Part shown: positions 1 to 10,480 of the stretch, piece after piece
How the letters are laid out: every line of letters begins with the position of its first letter
How positions within the stretch are numbered: position 1 is the first letter of the stretch
Assembly: GCF_023055435.1 (NCBI RefSeq)
Contig: NW_025964334.1
Location: 12,896,001 to 12,960,000 of the forward strand
Source of the DNA: Haliotis rufescens
Taxonomy: Eukaryota
Length of the DNA stretch: 64,000 nucleotides
Direction of reading: 5' to 3'
The notes under the pieces: generated by a model
The model's input: only the letters and a program-made list of their open reading frames with translations
Told to the model about the DNA's origin: nothing
The model's database searches: none
Translations under genes and position numbers: made by a program

Positions 1-338
1 GTCAGTATACTGTGTCTGAGTGGGGTATTCATGTTAAACTGCGGCATGGTATCTCAGTGGGCTAGCACTATAAATCGGCATCAGTCCGGACCAGTACAAG
101 CAGCCACACAAACACACACACGTACATGCACGTCGCTATATAAGTGCAATAATCTTGGACGCGACGTTAAACCCAATTTCACCTCACCTCACCTTTTTAT
201 TGAAACAGTCCTTTCATTGAGGGATACTGGTTATGGTTATGCATACAAATTGGCCTATGATATCATGTATATTCAAGAACAGACTTCCATTACTGTTGAT
301 AAAATATCCTCAGTATCTGACACTATACAATCATAATG

Positions 339-1041
339 TATAGTCTGGAAGGTAATTTAAGGTACCGACGTTTACTACAATTTCTGAAAAACTATTGGAC
401 CTACTCCAGTCAAAGTTGGTATGAGATTATTAAACAGTCATACATAACTGGATATTACATTTAAAGACAATCGGTGCATGAATAAAAAATGTGTCTATTT
501 AGCTATCACTATATTTCATCAACAACCAGACCTGTCCGTCACGGGTGGAAAGAGCATTCATTGAAACAGCCATCTGCATAATGCTACCCCTGCGTCACAG
601 GGCCATATGATACAAATGAACCAATCAACTCAACTCGAAAGGTTGCACAGGAATCACGCACACACGAATACGGTGTTGGCGTTGGGCGTCTCAACATGCG
701 TGATTCCTGTGCACCCTTTCGAGTTGAGTTGATTGGTTCAACTATGTCATATGGCCCTGTGATGCAGGGATAGCATTATGCAGACCTACCTTGACCTACT
801 CCAGTCAAGGTTGGTATGACACAGTTGAACCAATCAACTCAACTCAAAAGGTTGCACGGGAATCACGCACACACGAATACGGTGTTAGCATTAGGCGTCT
901 CAACGTGCGTGATTCCCGTGCACCCTTTCGAGTTGAGTTGATTGGTTCAACTGTGTCATACCAACCTTGACTGGAGTAGGTCCGATAGTTTTTCAGATAT
1001 TGTAGTAAACGTCGGTACCTTAAATTACCTTCCAGACTATA
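339..1041. mobile_element. Foldback-type non-autonomous DNA element with nested palindromes
   Basis: Termini TATAGTCTGGAAGGTAATTTAAGGTACC...GGTACCTTAAATTACCTTCCAGACTATA with ~85-bp outer inverted repeats; internal hairpins at 573-784 and ~793-982. Confidence 0.85.
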
Positions 1042-1106
1042 GGTGTGGTGGTACAGTCCAAGGGGAGACAACTGCTGCTTGTAATTAAAGAACTGTTTCT
1101 TTGCAG

Positions 1107-1193
1107 GTAAAATTACTCCGAGACAGTACAAAGGGCATTGACAATGAAAAGTTGCTAGACCAGTGTCTTCACAACAGGGCATGGGTATTGAAA
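1107..1193 (+). CDS. Internal coding exon of an unidentified gene (VKLLRDSTKGIDNEKLLDQCLHNRAWVLK)
   Basis: tttctttgcag acceptor and gtaagt donor; 87 nt, open only in frame 0 (both other frames hit stops). Confidence 0.75.
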
Positions 1194-1235
1194 GTAAGTA
1201 GAGTCATAGTAACTAGTCTTAAGTTGGATTGTCGG

Positions 1236-1495
1236 ATTGTTTGTTGTTTAATACCGCACTCAGCATGTTACAGCTATATGACGGGGGTTCGAAAATAATC
1301 AAGTCTGGACCAGACAATCTAGTGATTAATATCATGAGCATCGATCCACGCAATAGGGATACGATGACATGCATTAGCCAAGTCAGCGAGCCTGACCACC
1401 CGATCCCGTTAGCCGCCTCTTACGACAAGCATAGTCGCCTTTTACGGCAAGCATGGGTTGCTGAAGAACTATTCTACCCCAGATCTTCACAGGTC
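1236..1495 (-). mobile_element. Retroposon family B, full-length copy
   Basis: Same consensus; an inverted fragment follows at ~1497-1635. Confidence 0.85.
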
Positions 1496-2074
1496 CATGA
1501 CTTGGTTAATTGCATGTCATCCTATCCCAATTGCATAGATCGATGCTCATGATGTCACCACTGAATTTTCGGATCCGGACTTGATTATTTACAGATCGAC
1601 ATCATATACCAGAAATATTGTTTGCTATGGCGTTAAGTGTACTTAAGTGTCAACTTCAGTGTCCAGATCAGTTTTTTCCTACAGCTTTTTGAAAATCCCA
1701 AAAGAGATGTTTCATAGAAATTATGTACCTATGCAAAACTTCACACCAGGGTCCAGATCGGTTCATTTTCTATGACATTGCTTGTCAGCCAAAATATCCT
1801 AAAGGCTTTCTTACAAATTGATAATGATACTGAAGAATATCTTATCGAAAGTTAATAAAATCATGAAAATGTCGTAGTGCCATTTTTCTCCAGCAAAGAC
1901 ACCATGGTAACCAACAGTTCAATTCGGACACGCAGTTTATGTAAAATTACTGCATTTTGAATGGAAACAACTAGTCCCTCTAAGTTTCCATAAGTCTCGG
2001 ACTAACGGACATGTCTTTGTCATCCCTGGAAATCCCTGCTTATCCATAGCAACTAATATTTCATCTTGCTCATC

Positions 2075-2240
2075 GGGGGCAGTCGGGTAGCCCAATGGTT
2101 AAAACGTTCACTTGTCACGCATAAGATCGGGTTCGATTCCAGACATGGGTACAATGTGTGAAGCCCATGTCTGGTGTCCCCAGCTGTGATATTGCTGGAA
2201 TATTGCTAAAAGCGTCGTAAAACCATACTCACTCACTCAC
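2075..2240 (+). mobile_element. SINE family A copy
   Basis: A/B boxes; TSD tcttgctcatc (2064-2074 and 2241-2251). Confidence 0.88.
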
Positions 2241-2270
2241 TCTTGCTCATCATATTATTTACCATTTCAG

Positions 2271-2309
2271 ATATTTGAGGACTTAAAAAGAATGCTTGAG
2301 AAGGGATGA
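2271..2309 (+). CDS. Terminal coding exon of the same gene (IFEDLKRMLEKG*)
   Basis: ttttaccatttcag acceptor, phase 0 compatible with 1193, continues an amphipathic helical pattern; TGA at 2307-2309. Confidence 0.65.
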   Translation: MFEDLKRMLEKG

Positions 2310-2396
2310 AGACTCTGTGTTGTCCCTGTACTACATCCTGCCTTAGACTGTATTGTCAGTGACTACTGCCAACGGTGATAATCCTCCTCTGTGTAG

Positions 2397-2555
2397 GCCA
2401 CCAAGGACACCACTCATCGTCACCTGTACAGAAGCGTGTGGTCCTCCTCCGTCGCGGAGGGCACACCTTATCATCTCTGGTGTCATTGTTGTCCTCTCGT
2501 CTTCAGACTGTGCGCATTTGTTACTTGGTTCCTGTGGTGTGTGGACAGTTCATGA
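2397..2555 (+). CDS. Candidate alternative terminal exon encoding a Cys-rich hydrophobic tail
   Basis: cctcctctgtgtag acceptor, phase 0, 52 codons (ATKDTTHRHL...HLWCHCCPLVFRLCAFVTWFLWCVDSS*). All three frames are open here, so support is limited. Confidence 0.35.
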   Translation, partial: ATKDTTHRHLYRSVWSSSVAEGTPYHLWCHCCPLVFRLCAFVTWFLWCVDSS

Positions 2556-2779
2556 AGATGTTGACTGATTAGGTTAGCATGTGTCTCACTGTTGGGGCGG
2601 AGTATTCGGGCAGGTGGAACTGAAACCTGATCTTGGAGCAGAATGATAGGGCTTGGCCTGAATAACGGACCCTTTGACTCCTTTACTTTGTATCAACCTA
2701 ACTGTGGAACTCTGATCTGACAAGTGCAGCTCTGACCTGATAGAGTGAGGTGTATTTAGCAGGTGCTGCTCATACCTGA

Positions 2780-3640
2780 TGGATGGATCCCTGTCCTGGT
2801 GGAGGGTGGATTCCTGCCCTGGTGGGGGAACCCTGCCCTGGTGGAGGGTGGATCCCTGCTCTGATGGGTGGAACCTTGTCCTGGTGTAGGGTGGATTCCT
2901 GTCCTGATGTGGATTCCTGCCCTGATGGGGGAACCCTGTCCTAGTGGAGGGTGGATTCCTGCCCTGATGGGGAACCCTGTCCTTGTGGAGGGTGGATTCC
3001 TGCCCTGATGGGGGATCCCTGTCCTGGTGGAGGGTGGATTCCTGCCCTGATGGGGGATCCCTGTCCTGGTGGAGGGTGGATTCCTGCCCTGGTGGATGGA
3101 TCCCTGTCCTGGTGTTGGGTGGATTCCTGCCCTGATGGGGAACCCTGTCCTGGTGTAGGGTGGATTCCTGCCCTGATGGGGAACCCTGTACTGGTGGAGG
3201 GTGGATTCCTGCCCTGATGGGAGAACCCTGTCCTGGTGTAGGGTGGATTCCTGCCCTGATGGGGGAACCCTGTACTGGTGGAGGGTGGCTCCCTGCCCTG
3301 ATGGGGGAACCCTGTACTGGTGGAGGGTGGCTCCCTGCCCTGATGGGGGAACCCTGTCCTGGTGGAGGGTGGCTCCCTGCCCTGATGGGAGAACCCTGTC
3401 CTGGTGTAGGGTGGATTCCTGCCCTGATGGGGGAACCCTGTACTGGTGGAGGGTGGCTCCCTGCCCTGGTGGAGGGTGGATTCCTGCCCTGATGGATGGC
3501 TCCCTGTGCAGGTGGAGGGTGGATCCCCGCCCTGGTGGATGGTTCGATGCCCTAGTGGCTAGATCGAGTCCTGATGGATGGATCCATGCCCTAATGGATA
3601 GATCCCTGTCCTATTGGGTGGATCCAGTCATCTGATGGGT
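2780..3640. repeat. G-rich minisatellite, 42-bp unit GGTGGAGGGTGGATTCCTGCCCTGATGGGGGAACCCTGTCCT
   Basis: Direct tandem periodicity; the unit is built from two related subunits and decays at both edges. Confidence 0.95.
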
Positions 3641-6189
3641 GATTCATGGCCTGAGGGGATGATCCATGACCTGATGGGTCGTTCCCAGACCTGAAGGGGG
3701 ACCTCTTGCCTACTTGATTGAGCTCAATGTTGCCCAATGAGAGATCGCTGTCGTTACAAGTGGAGTGCAAATGGGTGGATGGTTGTTCCTCAGTGTAACT
3801 GTGAAGCTCAGCATCTGTTGGGCTAACGGAGACATGTCAGACTAATAGTGAGACTTGCCCTGTTCTTCAGGCGTAAGGTCAGTTATGGTGTCTTAGTTGT
3901 GTTCTGATACATGGCCAAGTTTATGTAAGGAGACAAAGTAAGACCGGAGATCTCTCTGTCTTAGTTATGTTCTGTTACATGGCCAAGTGTAAGGAGATAG
4001 AGTAAGGCCGGAGACCTCTCTTCTTTCTTTGACTTCAGCTGGATGTGTGGACAGTGTGAGGCCGACTGAATTACTGGGGATATTTATTGTTGAGTTTGGG
4101 GGATGCAATCGTGGTTTAAGGAGTATTTCATTGTTAGTATTTCATTTTGAAGGTTTTGGAAGTAGTTTGGGTTGATAGTAGTCAGTATTTTACACAATAA
4201 TTATTTCAAGCACAAACTCTTCCTCTGTTGTTCATTGAAGTGGAAACATGAATGTGACTGGTTGTTTTCAAAATATACTACTCATCTTTTGATAGGGATA
4301 ATCAGGTATGTCATATATTTAAATATACACTTGACATGAGAATCGGTTTTGAGTATCATGGCTAGATATAAAACATATACCTGTCAAACGTGGAGTAGTA
4401 TATGTTCTTGTGAATCTAATCAAAGATGAATGCATAATTAAGATATTCATAATGACAATAATTGCCTGAATGTCCAGAATATTGAGAGATATGGATAATA
4501 GAAACTGCTAGACATGTTGCTGATTATTCATGTTGAACTATTTATGAAACACAACAGGGCTTGTGTGATACAAGATTTATACAATCGGCTATATCAAAGG
4601 CGTTCAAGTAACTTTCAATATCAAAATGTATGTATGATTATAATTGTGATTAAATTATATAGAGTGCATGGAAAATGTTATTAAAAATCTTTTTAATGTC
4701 TAAGTGCAAGGTGTAAATGTCTGGTTGCATTTAAGGCATGGTTAGAGTATTAAGAGTTGGAATAATTAAGGCTTAATTATTCTATTCCATATTCTATGAA
4801 AGTTTTAGTTTTTGAAATAAGTCTTGTTTACACCTGCGAATCTGGAGCTATTTGAACACCACTTTGAAAACATTAATTTTATAGAAAAGAAAGATCTGTT
4901 TTTGTCATGAAGTAGATGAAACTCACTTCTGAGGTCATTTGAGTGTGTGGGGGAGACACGGTGTGATAGAACTCCGAGTGGAAGTTTCAAGAGAAAGGCT
5001 CTATGTCTAGAGGGTCTAAAGATCATTGCTATCGTAACACCAACAGTATTGTGACTGATGTCAATATGTTGCACATATATAACCTAGACTTTGACTTATT
5101 TAGACTGTGTGAATATACTATACAAAAGCTTCATGTGATAAGATGTAACTGAAACAGATATCACTATAATGGCAGCAAATAAGCCTTCAAGTTTCATACT
5201 TTCCACATACTCCAGTGTCCGTACAGGAGACAGTTTCAGTTTGATTAGAGGAAGTGTAGGTGCATTTAGCTTTGTTATTTTGTTGTTTCTCCCTGTACGA
5301 GTGTATACCCTTTATGCTTGAGCTTGTGAGAGTACTTTTGAGAAAGGAAAGATTTCTGTGATCCATCTAGTCAGCAGCTAAAGCACATTGTCCTGAGCCA
5401 CTCAGTATGAATTAGCCATGAATCTAATATTAACAGTGGAGCACGTGGCCTATATATATATTTGTTGTAGTGATGCAGTAGACATGAAAACACATGCACC
5501 AATATATCAGATTGAATAGAAAGAATATCCAGAGTAACCACCATCTATTTGAAGGCTACAATCGAGGAAAGATGAGTTGTGATAAGGGGAGATAACTTGT
5601 GTTCATTATCTGTTCAGAATCTGGGATTCTGTCAAATTGATGCTTTGTATTTTTATATTATTGAAATTCCAGTGTATATTCATGAAATATCAATCATATT
5701 TATTACTTTCTGATTGAGTAATAAGTGCATAATAGATGTGTGAAGTAAACCTAGACTTTAGTTTGTTGTAATTGAAAGATTATTACTCTGAATGCATTGT
5801 GAATAACTGCTATTTAATCTGTTTCTTTTCTCAATATTCCTTGTTATTGACTGCCAGTTGAGACATTATTTGCAAAATATTGACCATGTTTGGTTCTTTA
5901 AGCCATTGGCAGGACATTGTACAGCTTACAAATGGAGCTTAAAAAATTGACTAATTTGCTGACTCAACAAACCGATATACATATATATATATATATTAGT
6001 TTCACATGTAGTCGGATATATTTATAACATGTCAGGACTTGCATACTCTTGTACATGTATATTATAAAATAATCAAATAAATAAGCTATATTTCAATTGT
6101 TTAATAACTATTTTCTATGAAAAGTTATGAAACTGCATTGGATATCTAGGTGATGAAAATGTCTAGGTGTGTTTCACTGAAGTACTCTG

Positions 6190-6296
6190 GACCCCGTTCC
6201 TCAAAGCGATCTTAGCGCGGCGATGATCGTAAGCCTATGTTAAAGTATGGGACTTACGATCACCTTAGTGCTAAGATCGCTTGGAGGAAGGGGGCC
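6190..6296. mobile_element. 107-bp palindromic MITE, PIF/Harbinger-like
   Basis: Near-palindromic and flanked by CTG/CAG; same family as 12894-13000, 30917-31023, 32170-32276 and a decayed copy at ~7563-7673. Confidence 0.75.
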
Positions 6297-8139
6297 CAGG
6301 TTTTAATATTGTCACCATGCAGCCTATCTTCCTTGAAGACGGATACAAAGCCTGTGTTTTCTTACATTGTTTTGTTTTGTGTGTATGGGGTTGTAAGCTG
6401 TACACTGTTGATTATGAAATGTTTTATTTTATAGAGATATTTTCTTGTTCTTAATGTAACATGTGGTGTATGACCTAGAAGGCGTGGTAAGTTAAGGCCG
6501 GGTTCGGTTGTTGTTGTTCGTAGCATAATCAATGTGTCTGTGTATTTAAGATAGAATAACAAATTGATTAGTGCTTGATACCACTCACATGAGAGTTCTT
6601 GACTCAGAAGAAAATGGATTCTGATATAAATCATTAATTTATTTTTGGGTGTCTTCTTTGTACGTGGGTTCAGGATTCATCTTTTCTCAATGGGTTTGCA
6701 ATGAAGAGTTACTGACATTTTCATATGAGAACATCCTCTATATCTCTAGGGCTTGCAATTCAGCAGACCTACACTAAACCCTGGATCCTTCATGTGTTTC
6801 CAATGATCTCAAATTACCTCCCCTTGATTTCCTTTAGCAAATTTGATTTGCTGTGCTACTCATTGTAATGGACCAATCAGAATATGAGTTTCCAACCGGC
6901 CTCAATGTTGGTAGGCAAGATCAACAAGGTGGCCAGTTCCATTGATTACGATCGAGTTTATGAGAAATTTAACATTGAAATACTGACTCAAATATCTTTT
7001 TGATGGCAAGTCCTCGCTTACCCTTTTCCATTTTCCATATCTCAGATTGGTTGGTCAGTGAAATGGTTATGAAAACGAAGTGCGAGTAATTTGAGATTGC
7101 GAGAACCACGGGAATGAATCCAGGGGATAGTGTAGCCCTTGAGATGTTGAGGACGATCTGTTAAAGGTGTTGTACTTCGTATAAGCCATATTTGCAATGA
7201 AGTGACATGTCATTTGCTCATCACCACAGTTTGATAAACCTGGAAAGAAGCTGATTAATGTTTCTAAAGCTTGAATGACATTGAAACTTCTCCCATGTTG
7301 TAAGCTTGTTTCTTGATACCACATTTGACATTAGACAATCAAGTCAGCTGATTGTTTGAATACATTATGTAGCCTGTGAATCGGATGTGTTGGCTGCCAT
7401 GTTATGTGGAATGATTAAAACCTGCAGTTCACAAATGTGTATCCCAACTCCTTTGAATGATAATTACTGACTTTAAACATACCCTATGCCCTCTAATAAG
7501 ACCCTGGGTCATGGGTCTTGGTCAGTTTACATTTACAACCCAGCCCATATTAAGGGGGTGGGGGGCGCTTGTTCCACAAAGCCATCTTAGTGCTTAGAGA
7601 CGATCATGAGTCCCATATGTTAACGTTGACTTACAAAAGTCTTAGCTGTAATATCACTTTGCGGGATGGGGCCTAGCACCTTATACTTTCCCATCTCTGT
7701 GATGATGAGGGGCAGTCGGGTAGCCTAGTGGTTCAAGTGTTCACTCATTTCTCCGAAGTGCTGGGTTCAATTCCCGCCATGGGTACAATGTGTGAAGCCA
7801 ATTTCTGGTGTCCCCCTGCCGTGATATTGCTGGAATATTGCTAAAAGCGGCGTAAAATCAAACTCACTCACTCACAGTGATAAAGGATATTAATATTTAG
7901 ATGTAATGGGGAGACATCATTAGCTGTACCTGACTAAGTCTTTAACACGCTGGATCTTAATAGTCAGGCTCTAAATAGATGATATACGGTATTTACTTTT
8001 TACATGTAAGTCTATTATTTTCCAAATTATAAATTTATCAATGTTAGTATTCTCAGTAACCTTTTTCTTATCTGAATACTATTTCTAACGTATATTTGAA
8101 ACTTTTCTGTTTGCATGCATCTCCTGCTTCCGTTTCCAG

Positions 8140-8340
8140 GTTATTCAAGTGTCGACCGCTGCTGTCACTTCATGGACTTCTGTGTACATACGTTCCACCA
8201 TGTCTGCCTCTGTGTATATGTATATTACGCCTGTACAATCTGCATCCAGTCATCACTGTAAATATCTCGTATATCCCAGCTGGTGCTCAACCAAACTGTC
8301 AAAGCATAAACATAACGGTTGTTCCTACAGGGTCGTGTAG
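8140..8340 (+). CDS. Candidate distal terminal exon
   Basis: Strong polypyrimidine tract (ctcctgcttccgtttccag) with a ctaac branch-like site upstream; phase 0 frame gives 66 aa (VIQVSTAAV...CSYRVV*). Confidence 0.3.
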   Translation, partial: VIQVSTAAVTSWTSVYIRSTMSASVYMYITPVQSASSHHCKYLVYPSWCSTKLSKHKHNGCSYRVV

Positions 8341-8379
8341 ACGACCAAGTGATACATAGGGTTCTGTAGAGCTCCAAGT

Positions 8380-9365
8380 GTGGGTGGTTCCTGGTCGAGC
8401 CGATTGGAGACAGACCTGGAGGGTGGGTGGTTCCTAGACAAGACTTAGCTCCCATGGAGATTGACCAGGAGGGAGGGTGGTTCCTAGACAAGACTTAGCC
8501 CCCATGGAGATTGACCAGGAGGGTGGGTGGTTCCTAGACAAGACCTAGCCCCCATGGAGATTGACCTGGAGGGTGGGTGGTTCCTGGACAAGACTGAGCC
8601 CCCATGGAGATTGACCTGGAAGGTGGGTGGTTCCTGGACAAGACTCAGCCCCCATGGAGATTGACCTGGAGGGCGGGTGGTTCCTAGACAAGACTTAGCC
8701 CCCATGGAGATTGACCAGGAGGGTGGGTGGTTCCTGGACAAGACTGAGCCCCCATGGAGATTGACCTGGAGGGCGGGTGGTTCCTAGACAAGACTTAGCC
8801 CCCATGGAGATTGACAAAGAGGGTGGGTGGTTCCCAGACAAAAGTTAGCCCCCATGGAGATTGACAAGAGGTGAATGGGTGGTTCCTGGATGAGACTTAG
8901 CCCCCATGGAGATGGACCAGGAGGGTTGGTGGTTCCTAGACAAGACCTTGCCCCCATGGTGATTGACAAGAAGGATGGATGGTTCCTAGACAAGATTTCA
9001 ACCCCATGGTGATTGACAAGAAGGGTGGATGGTTCCTAGACAAGACTTCGACCCCATGAATATTCACCTGGAGGGTGGGTGGTTCCTAAACAAGACTAAG
9101 CCCCCATGGAGATTGACCAGGAGGGTGGGTGGTTCCTAGACAAGATTTCAACCCCATGGAGATGGACCAGCAGGGTGGGTGGTTCCTGGACAAGATTTCG
9201 ACCCCATGGAGATTGACCAGGAGGGTTGGTGGTTCCTGGACAAGATTTCGACCCCATGGAGATTGACCAGGAGGGTGGGTGGTTCCTGGACAAGACTGAG
9301 CCCCCATGGAGATTGACCGTGAGGGGGGGGTGGTTCCTAGACAAGACTTAGACCCCATAGAGATT
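8380..9365. repeat. Minisatellite, 50-bp unit, ~19-20 copies
   Basis: GAGGGTGGGTGGTTCCTAGACAAGACTTAGCCCCCATGGAGATTGACCAG recurs every 50 nt (8419, 8469, 8519...). Confidence 0.95.
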
Positions 9366-10204
9366 GAGTGGGTGGATGGGTTGACCTATGGGTGGTTTCT
9401 GGACGAGAGTGAACACTCCAGGGGGACAGACCGGACAGTGGGTGGGTCCTGGTCTGGAGTGGACATCCTACTTCAAGGTTGATGGTCAGACAACTTCTGA
9501 ATGACAAGATCCTGGTTAAATCTAGAAACATATTTGCAGTTAATGTTATAAAATAGCAAACATGGAACTGACTTGTTTCCTTTTGAAAAAAACCAAACAT
9601 TTGAAGGTTGTTTTAAGTTATAACATGTGCAGGCCAGGGTCTGTTTAGGCCCAGGAGTAATGCTTTGTCAAGGAATTACAGTAAGTTATACAAATTCATC
9701 AATAGGGATGTTATGAAATAGTGTTGTATGTGATAACAGAGGGATATAATGTAGTGTTGTTGGATAACAGTTTGGTGTAATATAGTGTTGTATTTGAAGA
9801 ACAGAAGTAAATTACATTATACCATGATGGTAATGAACATGGGCTGTGCTGTGCATGCACCTTCAATGTCTACTGAAAAAGGAACCAAAGTTTATGCGAA
9901 TTATCTGAAAACCCCAACAATCTCTAATACTACATGGACCACAACCTTGATACTACTCAACTTTTTCTAAGGACCAAAATAGTCATCTTTAGTCAAAGGT
10001 GTGGTTCTTAGCAAATGTTGAGTGGTATAATTAGAAAGGAAACAACAAAAATATCAAAATGGTTACACCTGCAGTAGGAATGGGTAGATTCAAAAGCCTT
10101 TTGTTGGTATGTTAGTGCTTGTAAAGTTAATTGTACAGTCTGACGCCCGAGTCTAGTTTAATTGTGTTTGGTCTACTAAACTCTGCTGGTTAAAGTCCAT
10201 ACAG

Positions 10205-10480
10205 GGGCAAAGGTAGTCAAGTCGTCTAAGGCGCCGCGATTCGCTGTGCAGAGTTGCGTCCCTTGGGCACGCCAGAAACCTATGATTGTGGGTTCGAATC
10301 CCAGTTTGCCCCGAATATGTTTCTAGGTTTGTCAGCACCATACCGTGCTCGTAGGTTTCACCGAAGTGGTAAACGTCTGAGACCTGCATCACTTCGGGCT
10401 TTCCTCCCACATTAAGCTGACATGCCGTGATATAACTGGAATACTGTTAAAAGCGGCGTTAAACCCAACTCACTCACCAT
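10205..10480 (+). mobile_element. SINE family D copy
   Basis: TSD agtccataca. Confidence 0.85.

Noticed and set aside
1107-2309. Identification of the + strand gene as BRSK2 or TOLLIP by human synteny with MOB2
   Set aside because: The peptide does not match the BRSK C-terminus as I recall it and lacks the CUE-domain MFP motif.
2951-3635. ORFs encoding GGGWIPALMGEPCP repeats
   Set aside because: Translation of a 42-bp minisatellite; single-base indels break the frame and no splice support was seen.
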